Source: Bacteroidota bacterium (GTDB lineage: Bacteria; Bacteroidota; Bacteroidia; Flavobacteriales; Flavobacteriaceae). Taken from it: a stretch of DNA of 46,366 nt. The stretch covers positions 1 to 46,366 of the forward strand of contig JBCCOJ010000001.1 in assembly GCA_039025415.1 (NCBI GenBank), read 5' to 3'. This document shows, piece by piece, positions 30,043-38,867 of this stretch. The translations under genes were made by a program, and so were the position numbers. The notes beneath the pieces are model-generated. The model had not been told where the DNA came from. It worked only from the letters and a program-made list of their open reading frames with translations, and searched no databases. Position 1 is the stretch's first letter, and each line of letters opens with the position of its first letter.

Positions 30043-30165
30043 GCGTTAGCGATGGAGGCATTTGTCGAAGCTCTTAAAGTTGCCATAAAAGCAACTTTAA
30101 AGCGACTGCCGAGAGCCTGCCTGTTCGGTAGACAGAGGCGAACCGCCCATTGGCAGGTAACGCCC
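30043..30165 (+). ncRNA. Structured repeat element copy 2 (possibly Flavo-1-like RNA motif) with nested hairpin at 30116-30136
   Basis: Closing stem GCGTTA/TAACGC, GGCA/TGCC, 10-bp TTAAAGTTGC/GCAACTTTAA; homologous to 21039-21150. Confidence 0.65.
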
Positions 30166-30169
30166 AGAA

Positions 30170-30526
30170 CTATTCGATAAATTCCATCTCCAAAAAATAA
30201 TTGACGATGGCATCTTTCATGAGTATGCTTTGCTCACCTGCCTTTAAAGATGGTAGCTGTTCCTTAACCTTGTAATGTGGCCAGCCGTCTTGGTCAACGT
30301 AGTCAAACTCATAGTAACCGTAAGGCATGAGAAGCTTACAAATGGCAATATGCATTAGGTCAAGTTTATGGTCTTTCTTAAATTTCCTATCCAGTTGACC
30401 GAGCTCTTGAACCCCAATAAGATAAATTATGGCATCTAAATCTAATGGGTCACCGTCTGCAAACCTGCTAGACAGTTTTTCTACGACCAAATTCCATCGT
30501 TGTTTTAATTTTTCGTCTCTACTCAC
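30170..30526 (-). CDS. Conserved hypothetical protein
   Basis: LIGVQELG, DLMHIAIC, DGWPH; GTG start. Confidence 0.75.
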   Translation of the reverse strand: MSRDEKLKQRWNLVVEKLSSRFADGDPLDLDAIIYLIGVQELGQLDRKFKKDHKLDLMHIAICKLLMPYGYYEFDYVDQDGWPHYKVKEQLPSLKAGEQSILMKDAIVNYFLEMEFIE

Positions 30527-30695
30527 GAGTTAAATCTCCATTCTTCCCACCTGCACCACTTAGGGTGGTTTCAGCGAGCAGCTAATTGTTCAAAGTTCAA
30601 AACTATAAAACAAATACGTCATTTCTGACGTTATAGCTTAATATCGTGAAAAAAGTATATGTTTGTTTAACTACTAGTTTTTACTAATAATACGT

Positions 30696-31196
30696 ATGGC
30701 ATTAATTGATATCATATTAGCTGTTCTACTGCTATTTGGACTGATTAGAGGTTTTATGAAGGGACTATTTGTGGAAGTAGCTTCATTGGTAGCATTGGTC
30801 GCTGGTGTTTATGGCGCCATACACTTCAGTAATTTTGCGGCAGATTTTCTGGATAGTAAGGTGGAATGGGACGAGAAATACATCAACATCGCAGCATTTG
30901 CAATTACTTTTGTAATAATAGTCTTTGCTATTGCCTTAGCCGGTAAGGCACTCACAAAATTGGCAAACTTTGCCGCTTTAGGTATTTTAAATAAGCTTCT
31001 TGGTGGTGTATTTGGATTACTAAAAATTGTACTAATTCTCAGCGTACTAATTATCGTATTTGAGAACCTAAACAATACCGTAAACCTAGTCAATGACGAA
31101 GATATTGAGCAATCTGTTCTTTATGGCCCGGTTAAAAATGTCGCTGCCACTATTTTCCCAAGTATTATTAATAAAGGTAAAGATGATAACGAGTAA
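30696..31196 (+). CDS. cvpA: CvpA-family membrane protein
   Basis: IDII...RGFMKGL...E; NKLLGGVFG; upstream TATGTTTG promoter element at 30658. Confidence 0.88.
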   Translation: MALIDIILAVLLLFGLIRGFMKGLFVEVASLVALVAGVYGAIHFSNFAADFLDSKVEWDEKYINIAAFAITFVIIVFAIALAGKALTKLANFAALGILNKLLGGVFGLLKIVLILSVLIIVFENLNNTVNLVNDEDIEQSVLYGPVKNVAATIFPSIINKGKDDNE

Positions 31197-31250
31197 AACA
31201 ACTCATCGGTTGCATTTAAAAACCACATAATTGCAATCCGCATCTAATAT

Positions 31251-32846
31251 TCAAACTGATTGAATCTTAGATTTTTCCTTTTCTTGTTCGAAAAATGCTT
31301 TGAAACTGTCTGGATTTTCTGCAATAGTCCTTTGGGCAATTATTTTGATGTGGATATTACGTTCCCTCGCCTTAAAGGTAAAATCGTCTAAAATTTCAAT
31401 GATGTCATTATCTAGATAGATTGTTTTTTTGACGTCAATCTCCAGAGCACTGTTTGGAGGTATATTTTCCAATTCCTTTAAAATGGCACCCTTGTTGAAA
31501 AACGTAACTTCTTCCGCAAAGGTCATTTTTATTTTTCCGTCGTCAATATCCTCACCTTCTTTATGTAGAAAGTGTGAGTTTTGATAGCTCTTTACCAAAA
31601 TCACAAAAATCCCAACGGCCAAGCCGAGACTAATACCAATTAATAAATCGGTAAAAACGATTCCGATTATAGTCACAATAAACGGTACGAATTGGTTCCA
31701 ACCCAAATTATACATTTGCTTGAAAAGTGCAGGTTTAGCTAATTTATAACCTACGATAAAAAGTACAGCGGCTAAGACAGATAAGGGGATTTTATTAAGT
31801 AAGGTTGGAATTAGGATTACAGAAATCAACAACAAAAAACCGTGGATAATGGCCGAAGCTTTTGTTCTTCCACCCGATTGTATATTGGCAGAACTCCTCA
31901 CAATGACCTGGGTAATTGGAAGGCCTCCTATAAATCCAGAAATCATATTACCGGTGCCCTGCGCCAAAAGCTCCCTGTTGGTGGGAGTGACATTCTTGTG
32001 GGGGTCTAATTTATCTGTAGCCTCAACACAAAGCAAAGTTTCCAGACTTGCAACCAACGCTATTGTAAACGCTGTTAACCAAACTTGCGGATTTGTAATT
32101 ACGGCAAAGTTTGGGAAACTGAATTGACCTAAAAACGAATTGAAGCCGTCTGGAACCGGCACACTTACTAAATGCGATGCATCAATGCCCAAAGTTGGGT
32201 TATCACGGGTAATCACATTAAACAAAATGCCCATAACCACTGCCACGAGAGGACCTTGTATAAGTTGAAATATCCTAGACTTCTTAGACAATACCCTATC
32301 CCACAGAATTAAGATGGAAAGACCTATTAGCCCTATGACCGTAGGTCCAATAGCAATATTATCAACAACATGCAATATTGCTGAGAAGGTATTTTCACCT
32401 GAGGCTTCGATAAAACTATCTGCGCCTTCTGCTTCAATATCATAGCCAAAAAAATGTGGAATCTGCTTTAAGATGATAATAATACCAATACCCGTTAACA
32501 TCCCCTTTATTACCGAAGACGGGAAATAATAACCAATAATCCCTGCCCTTAGAAAACCAAAAACCAATTGTATTGCACCTCCAAGGACAACTGCAACTAG
32601 AAAATTCTCATAGCCTCCCAATGTTCCTATCGCGGTTAAGACTATTGCAGCTAATCCAGCAGCAGGGCCACTAACCCCAATTTTAGAGCCACTTAAAGCT
32701 CCCACTACCACACCGCCAATTATTCCTGCGATTAAACCAGAAAACAAAGGTGCGCCACTTGCAAGTGCAATGCCCAAACACAATGGCAATGCAACAAAAA
32801 ACACGACTATACTGGCAGGCAAGTCGTTTTTAATAGTTTTTATCAT
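31251..32846 (-). CDS. SulP-family inorganic anion (bicarbonate/sulfate) transporter
   Basis: VALPLCLGIALASG, VSGPAAG, NRELLAQG, VRSSAN; STAS-like tail. Confidence 0.92.
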   Translation of the reverse strand: MIKTIKNDLPASIVVFFVALPLCLGIALASGAPLFSGLIAGIIGGVVVGALSGSKIGVSGPAAGLAAIVLTAIGTLGGYENFLVAVVLGGAIQLVFGFLRAGIIGYYFPSSVIKGMLTGIGIIIILKQIPHFFGYDIEAEGADSFIEASGENTFSAILHVVDNIAIGPTVIGLIGLSILILWDRVLSKKSRIFQLIQGPLVAVVMGILFNVITRDNPTLGIDASHLVSVPVPDGFNSFLGQFSFPNFAVITNPQVWLTAFTIALVASLETLLCVEATDKLDPHKNVTPTNRELLAQGTGNMISGFIGGLPITQVIVRSSANIQSGGRTKASAIIHGFLLLISVILIPTLLNKIPLSVLAAVLFIVGYKLAKPALFKQMYNLGWNQFVPFIVTIIGIVFTDLLIGISLGLAVGIFVILVKSYQNSHFLHKEGEDIDDGKIKMTFAEEVTFFNKGAILKELENIPPNSALEIDVKKTIYLDNDIIEILDDFTFKARERNIHIKIIAQRTIAENPDSFKAFFEQEKEKSKIQSV

Positions 32847-32998
32847 GGTAAAGAATTAGCTCTAAAGCAATTGATAATCAAATTTATAGCGAACAAATGT
32901 TTGCAATTTGCTTTAAAGCAACAGGTGGAAAGATACAAAATCGAAAATAGCAGCCTAAATTAAGCGGTAAAATTCAGGAGTAAAAGGAAAGCTAATTT

Positions 32999-33757
32999 TT
33001 AGAAGTTCTTGATTAATTTGATGTCTTCACTCATGACCCAGCCGGTCTTCCCGTCAGCAATTTTTACTTTTTTCCAATTATCGACGGTATCCAAAACTTG
33101 AACCTTAGTGCCCTCGTGTAATTTAAAGGCTTCCGAACTTCTTAAATTTGGTTCATTTTTAATTTGGGATTCTTTTGCAAAAACTATCGCAGGTTGATTT
33201 TCATCCACTAAGGCCTTACCATGAAACGTAAGTCCTAAAGTGGCTAAAACTAAAATTAAGCTAACCGTACTTGATATAAATGCAAACCTTTTACTTGATG
33301 AAGCATTTGAAAATAAATAGAAAACGAAAAGTAAGACAAAGAGTATGGATAGCGTTACGCTTATCTTGGCCCAGGTTTCATAATGAAAGTATTTTGCCCA
33401 TTTGTTTATTAGACTTGATAAACCTACATCTGGCACCTTTTCTATGGAATCAATGGTCATATTTCTGGCAAAAGCGATATTGTTACTTATCTCTTTATCA
33501 TTTGGCTCTAATAAAAGTGCCTTCTCGAAATAATAGATACTTGGGGCAATATTATTCAGTTTATAATGGGAATTACCCATATTGAAATAAAGCTCGGCAG
33601 AATGATTTCCAGATTCAAGAATTGTACTGTATTTATCTAGAGCCTCATGATATTGCCCTTCATTGTACAATTTATTCGCCTCTTCAAAAAGTTGTTCGTT
33701 TTGCGAAAACCCTAATCCAGACAGCAGTAAAATCAATATAAGTATGATGTTTTTCAT
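32999..33757 (-). CDS. batE: BatE: TPR plus SH3 domain protein
   Basis: N-terminal TPRs, two TM helices, LHEGTKV...GWV SH3; last gene of bat cluster. Confidence 0.88.
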   Translation of the reverse strand: MKNIILILILLLSGLGFSQNEQLFEEANKLYNEGQYHEALDKYSTILESGNHSAELYFNMGNSHYKLNNIAPSIYYFEKALLLEPNDKEISNNIAFARNMTIDSIEKVPDVGLSSLINKWAKYFHYETWAKISVTLSILFVLLFVFYLFSNASSSKRFAFISSTVSLILVLATLGLTFHGKALVDENQPAIVFAKESQIKNEPNLRSSEAFKLHEGTKVQVLDTVDNWKKVKIADGKTGWVMSEDIKLIKNF

Positions 33758-33758
33758 G

Positions 33759-35537
33759 CTATTGAATTTCTTTATCGATTATAGAAATAGCCCTTGCCGC
33801 TTTTTCGTAATCCTGTTGCATTTCGACGTTGGTGATAGGCGTATATCTTGCCAACTCGCAATTTTCAAGGATACCTATAAATTCGCTTATGGTCAAATCA
33901 TTAACTTTTCGCTCAGTCAAGATTTCTTGAATCTTTTCTTTACTGAATTCACTGGTTTCAATGTGAAGTTTCGCTTTTAAATAATTATGTAGTGCTTTTT
34001 CCAATGCAATGTAAAAAGCTTCCTTTTGACCAAGGGATTTTTTTGCGGCGCTAAGATACTTTCTAGCCAATCTGTCGGCTTTTCTAATTCTATTACCAAA
34101 GACATCTGCATTACGCTCTTCCCTTTTCCTGCGATAAACCAGAGCTAGAGGGATTGCTATTAAAGGCAACAACATTGAACTCCAAAATGCGGTGGAGTTA
34201 AAAAATGGGGTGGTCTTTACTGGCTTTAAGTTTGAATTGGTTTTTATAAACGCAAATTGGTCGCTAGTCAGCTCTACTTTTTGTTTTGGACCACTCTCTG
34301 TGGCAACAATATTATTGTCACCAGAGGTTGAATTAATTGGACCTTCTAAAACATCAATAACAATCTCGCCCGAGGAGATTCTTTTATAGGACTCCGTTTT
34401 CAAATCGAAATAGGAGAAAGAAATACTGGGTATGGGGTATTTGCCTTTATATTGTGGGACTATTGTATAATTATCTGAAATTGAACCCCGCATTCCAGCA
34501 AGGTCAGTTCTCACATTCTCGTTGTGCTCTGGCTCATATACCTCTAGAGAACTAGGAAGATTAAGTTTTGGAAGCTGAAAAAGCTTTAGATTCCCCCTTC
34601 CAGTTACCTCTACTTTTGCATCCAATGATTCTGAGGCGTTCAACTCTGATTTGGAAGTAATAACATTAAATTTAAAATCCCCAACAGCACCAGAAAAATC
34701 CCTTGGTTTCCCTTTTTCAGGAAGAGGTTTGACATTCAAGGTTCTTTGGCCTGCAGATACCTCTCTATTTACCTGTACCATGCGCCTACCGCCAAAAATA
34801 TCCCTTCTATTGGTAGGTACTTCAACCGTGACTTCTAGATTTAAGGGTTCGATATCCAGTTTACCTGTTTTTTGGGGGTACAGAACAGTCTTTCTAAGCA
34901 CCACACATCGGTAATCTTCACCTTTATATTTGCAATTTTTGACATCAAGACCCTTGATTTCAATATTCTGGCTCCAAAAATCGTTGTATTCTGGACTCGC
35001 CGTTTCGCGCCAGTTATTTACTCCAATTTCAGGAGAAATGTATAGTTTATAAATTACGGAGACCGCTTCGTTTAGGTAAGGTTTTGTTTTGGAAACCTCG
35101 GCCACCAAATGCAACTTTTCAGAAGCAATTTCGTCGCGATTGTAAGGGTCGTTTGGTCTTTGTACGGGAGCAGTTATTAAAACCGTTACTGGGTCTGTCT
35201 TGTAAATTTTCCCTTCAATTTCTATACTTGCTTGACCTATTTTTAGATTTCCTTGTTTTTTTGGAAGTAAAAAGTAACTGTATGTTTTTGCGTAAGAACG
35301 TACCCCATTTAGCCAGGAATTACTAACGGAAGTATTTGGCCCCATAACCACATCAAAATTCGTGAAATCTGGCGGATTAAAATTATCCCCGTCCTTGTTC
35401 ATCGTGAAATCGATACGTAGCCTCTCGTTTTTTCCAAGCTTCTTCTTGCTAACTTTCGCCTCGAAGGTGGTTTGAGAAAATGCAACAGAAGTCAACAGCA
35501 CGAAAAATATAATCGATATGTTTTTAAATCCGTTCAC
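33759..35537 (-). CDS. batD: BatD family protein
   Basis: Signal peptide, FSGAVG, GNLKL, C-terminal TM; operon position. Confidence 0.88.
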   Translation of the reverse strand: MNGFKNISIIFFVLLTSVAFSQTTFEAKVSKKKLGKNERLRIDFTMNKDGDNFNPPDFTNFDVVMGPNTSVSNSWLNGVRSYAKTYSYFLLPKKQGNLKIGQASIEIEGKIYKTDPVTVLITAPVQRPNDPYNRDEIASEKLHLVAEVSKTKPYLNEAVSVIYKLYISPEIGVNNWRETASPEYNDFWSQNIEIKGLDVKNCKYKGEDYRCVVLRKTVLYPQKTGKLDIEPLNLEVTVEVPTNRRDIFGGRRMVQVNREVSAGQRTLNVKPLPEKGKPRDFSGAVGDFKFNVITSKSELNASESLDAKVEVTGRGNLKLFQLPKLNLPSSLEVYEPEHNENVRTDLAGMRGSISDNYTIVPQYKGKYPIPSISFSYFDLKTESYKRISSGEIVIDVLEGPINSTSGDNNIVATESGPKQKVELTSDQFAFIKTNSNLKPVKTTPFFNSTAFWSSMLLPLIAIPLALVYRRKREERNADVFGNRIRKADRLARKYLSAAKKSLGQKEAFYIALEKALHNYLKAKLHIETSEFSKEKIQEILTERKVNDLTISEFIGILENCELARYTPITNVEMQQDYEKAARAISIIDKEIQ

Positions 35538-35574
35538 TTATAAAGTAATCTATATATTTAGAGCATGAGTAAAA

Positions 35575-35600
35575 ATTCCCCCTTTGGAGGTCAAGGGGGC
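35575..35600 (-). repeat. Triplex-type repeat, copy B
   Basis: Minus strand GCCCCC TTGA CCTCC AAA GGGGG AAT directly after batC TAA. Confidence 0.75.
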
Positions 35601-36437
35601 TTACCAATCCTTTTCAGATTTTACCTTTGCCCCCTTTTGCTTTTCAGCATTCATCTTTTCTTGAACCTTTTGTTCATTATTGTTCATCGCTTCTAGTAAG
35701 CTCTTAATTTGTTGTGGCGATAACTGACCAGGTTGAGGCTTGGGTTTCGCTTTATCCTTCTTTTCTTCATCAGGATTTCCCTTTTGTTCGTCTTCCTTTT
35801 CATCATCTTTTGGAGGTTGATTCTCATCCTTTTTGTCATCACCTTCCTTTTTATCCTGATCACCCTTATCGTCTTGATTGTCTTTTTTGTCTTCATCCTC
35901 CTTTTTATCCTTATCCTTATTCTCTTCGTCCTTATCCTCGTCATTTTTCTCTTCCTCGTCATCTTTTCCCTGCTGATCTTCGGCGCATTTTTTCGCTACA
36001 ACAAAATTATAGCGCGTTTCATCATCATTGGGATTATTTCGAAGGGCATTTTTATAAGCCTCGGCAGCCTCTTTACACATTTCATTTTTCATTAAAATAT
36101 TGCCCATATTATGAAATGCCTTGTGCTTTTCCTCTTTGGTTGACGCACTTTTAGCAGCTTGCTGCAGCCTATATAAAGCTTCATCATAATTCCCTTTTTC
36201 ATAATAGGAACTACCTAAATTATAAGTGCCCGCAACACTACCTGGTTGCTCAGAAATGGCCTTGCGGTACTCTTTTTCTGCGGAAATAAAATTATCAGAT
36301 TCTATAAGCTCATTAGCCTCATAAACATAGCCATTGGCCTTTTTAAGCGAAAGCTGCTCCAATTTTTCTGCATCCTTATCTTGGGAAAAACCAAGAATCG
36401 AAATAAAAAACAATAATGTGAAAAACTTAAACTTCAT
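35601..36437 (-). CDS. batC: BatC: TPR protein with D/E/K-rich linker
   Basis: TPRs (YKNALRNNP), low-complexity linker, terminal EKDW; ATG 36437 preferred. Confidence 0.88.
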   Translation of the reverse strand: MKFKFFTLLFFISILGFSQDKDAEKLEQLSLKKANGYVYEANELIESDNFISAEKEYRKAISEQPGSVAGTYNLGSSYYEKGNYDEALYRLQQAAKSASTKEEKHKAFHNMGNILMKNEMCKEAAEAYKNALRNNPNDDETRYNFVVAKKCAEDQQGKDDEEEKNDEDKDEENKDKDKKEDEDKKDNQDDKGDQDKKEGDDKKDENQPPKDDEKEDEQKGNPDEEKKDKAKPKPQPGQLSPQQIKSLLEAMNNNEQKVQEKMNAEKQKGAKVKSEKDW

Positions 36438-36697
36438 ATATTTTCCTTTTGGATACTCCACGGCAAAACACCTGCCAATATATAAAACAACTGATGTTGA
36501 TTGAGTTAAAGATTTTATAAAAGTTCCGTTCTGAAAATGAATTCAACTTCGTAGGTTTTTTCTCAAAAGTGCAGGGACGCAAAAAGTATCAATCAAATTA
36601 AAAAAAGGGTTTTTGAATAAGCGAGAAATCCTATTTAAGTAGAAATAAAATCCACTTTTATTCTTCAAAACAGTAAAGAATTAAAGAATGTTACTAA

Positions 36698-36726
36698 GAA
36701 CCGAGTCTGAGACTGAAAACTGAAAC
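36698..36726. repeat. Degenerate 6-7-nt ACTGA tandem repeat
   Basis: GAACCGA GTCTGA GACTGA AAACTGA just downstream of batB stop. Confidence 0.45.
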
Positions 36727-36738
36727 GGTCAACTAATT

Positions 36739-37782
36739 CTATAGATTCTCGTTGAACAGGTTTAGCCTTTTCAACCACGCGGTTTTGCGTTCTAAAAAGA
36801 AGATATCCAAAAACAGGAATAGAATACCAAAAGCAAGAAACCATTGGAATTGATCTTTGAAATCGGCAAATTCCTTAGCTTCAAATTCAGTTTTATCCAT
36901 ACGGTTTAGGATGTCTTTTATGCCCTCAACCACATCAGCAGTATTGGTTCCGTTCAAATAGGTGCCATTCGCTTCTTCGGCTATTTTAACGAGGGTGTTT
37001 TCATCAAGTTTAGTGACCACAGTTTCCCCCTTGCTGTCTTTTTTGTAATTGAGTAGAACACCATTTCGTTTTATGGGAATCCTTCCACCTTTTGCAGTAC
37101 CAACACCTATAGTAAATATTCTAATTCCTTCATCAGCAGCTTCCTCTGCAACATTTGTGGCCACTTCGCTGTGGTCTTCCCCGTCTGAAATGATAATCAA
37201 AACCCGATTGGTCTGTTGTTCATCATCAAAATAAGTTTTTGCTAATTCAATGGCCTCACTTATTGCAGTGCCTTGGGATGACAACATATCGGTATTCATG
37301 TTCTGAAGAAACATTTTTGCCGAAGCATAATCTGTTGTTATAGGTAACTGTGGAAATGCGCTCCCTGCATAAGCAATAATTCCTACCCTGTCACTGGCGA
37401 GACTATTTATGATTTGAGCCACGAGTTGCTTTGATTTTTCCAAACGGTTTGGAGCAATATCCTCGGCCAGCATACTTTTGGAAACGTCTAAGGCAAATAC
37501 GATATCTACACCTTCCCGTTTTACAGTCTCCAGCTTTGTACCAATTTTAGGATTTACCAAGGCAAAGGATAGAAAGAAAATGGAGGCACAAATCGTTAGA
37601 ATTTTAAGAATACCCTTAAACCTAGATTGGTCTGGACTTAATTTTTTAAGTAATGCGCTTTTGGCGAATCTTTTCTGTGTACGATATTTCCAGAATTGAA
37701 GCATCACGAACAGGACTATCACTATTGGGATTAATAGCAGCATCCAAAACCAAATCTGTTCTTCTAATTGATATTGAAACAT
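36739..37782 (-). CDS. batB: BatB: VWA-domain protein
   Basis: DVSKSM MIDAS, PITTD, SDGE. Confidence 0.9.
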   Translation of the reverse strand: MFQYQLEEQIWFWMLLLIPIVIVLFVMLQFWKYRTQKRFAKSALLKKLSPDQSRFKGILKILTICASIFFLSFALVNPKIGTKLETVKREGVDIVFALDVSKSMLAEDIAPNRLEKSKQLVAQIINSLASDRVGIIAYAGSAFPQLPITTDYASAKMFLQNMNTDMLSSQGTAISEAIELAKTYFDDEQQTNRVLIIISDGEDHSEVATNVAEEAADEGIRIFTIGVGTAKGGRIPIKRNGVLLNYKKDSKGETVVTKLDENTLVKIAEEANGTYLNGTNTADVVEGIKDILNRMDKTEFEAKEFADFKDQFQWFLAFGILFLFLDIFFLERKTAWLKRLNLFNENL

Positions 37783-37786
37783 ATTA

Positions 37787-37859
37787 TAGTCGTTTATCGT
37801 TAGTCGATAGAATTACCGTTAGACTTTTCTAACGACAATAGACTACCGTCTAATGACTG
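37787..37859. repeat. Inverted pair of degenerate heptamer arrays
   Basis: TAGTCGT TTATCGT TAGTCGA TAG ... CTAACGA CAATAGA CTACCGT CTAATGA. Confidence 0.65.
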
Positions 37860-38867
37860 TTATACGAAACTTCTGAATAATGTAAATCTCAACAATAACT
37901 CCAAAACAATCAGACCCAAAGCAATGAGCACGAGGGGTCTAAATTTTTCGTTATAGGTTGTGAACTTTAGTTCTTCTATCTCGGTTTTTTCAAGTTTATT
38001 GATTTCTGCATAAATTTCCTTGAGCTTTCGATTATCAGTTGCCCTGAAATATTTTCCACCGGTAACATCGGCTATTTCCTTCAGTAATTCTTCATCAATT
38101 TCTACCTTAATTCTTTGATATTGGAAATTTCCGTTAGGTAAAATTTGATACGGAGATAAAGCCATTCCGTTCGTACCGATTCCAATGGTATATACTTTGA
38201 TACCGTATTCCACTGCAAGCTCACTAGCTATTTTTGGATCAATAAACCCAGTGTTGTTAACACCGTCAGTCAATAAAATAATAACCTTACTCTTAGCCCT
38301 ACTGTCCTTAAGCCTATTTACCGATGTTGCCAATCCCATACCAATCGCTGTACCACCTTCAATTATCGTATTATACTTAATGTCGCGCATTGAACGTAAT
38401 ACAATAGCTTTATCACTCGTGATTGGCGTTTTAGTGTAACTTTCACCAGCGTATTCAACCAAACCAATTCGGTCGTTTGGACGTCCCTGAATAAATTGTC
38501 CAGCGACGTTCTTCAACGCTTCGAGACGGTTGGGCTTTAAATCCTTGGCCAACATACTTGCCGAAACATCAATGGCCATAACAATATCAATACCTTTGGT
38601 GGTCTTGGTCTGTGTTTTTTCATCAGATGTTCTAGGTCTTGCTAGGGCCGTTATCAAAAACGCCAAGGCCAGTAACCGAAAGAAAAAAAGTATGGGTCTA
38701 AGTTTTGGTAATACTTGACTTCCTGCCTTAAACCCTTTAATGCTCGACATCTTGAGCGCTGCCGTTTGACGCTTGCGCTTAAAGAAATACCATAAGATTG
38801 CAAATGGCAGCAGTAAAAACAACCAGAAAAATTCTTTATTTAAAAACTCAATCCCCTCAAACATCAT
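37860..38867 (-). CDS. batA: BatA: VWA-domain protein
   Basis: ALARP, DVSASM MIDAS, GTAIG, LLTDG, TGGKYFRA; start probably at one of the consecutive Mets near 38864-38870. Confidence 0.9.
   Translation of the reverse strand: MMFEGIEFLNKEFFWLFLLLPFAILWYFFKRKRQTAALKMSSIKGFKAGSQVLPKLRPILFFFRLLALAFLITALARPRTSDEKTQTKTTKGIDIVMAIDVSASMLAKDLKPNRLEALKNVAGQFIQGRPNDRIGLVEYAGESYTKTPITSDKAIVLRSMRDIKYNTIIEGGTAIGMGLATSVNRLKDSRAKSKVIILLTDGVNNTGFIDPKIASELAVEYGIKVYTIGIGTNGMALSPYQILPNGNFQYQRIKVEIDEELLKEIADVTGGKYFRATDNRKLKEIYAEINKLEKTEIEELKFTTYNEKFRPLVLIALGLIVLELLLRFTLFRSFV

Noticed and set aside
35693-36154. Alternative-frame ORFs and apparent repeats in batC
   Set aside because: Artefacts of the D/E/K low-complexity linker typical of BatC.
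36452-36468. GATACTCCACGGCAAA, loosely similar to GATACCCCGCCCTAGCGGGG at 21237, as a possible IS200/IS605-type end
   Set aside because: Too short and degenerate; no transposase remnant visible.
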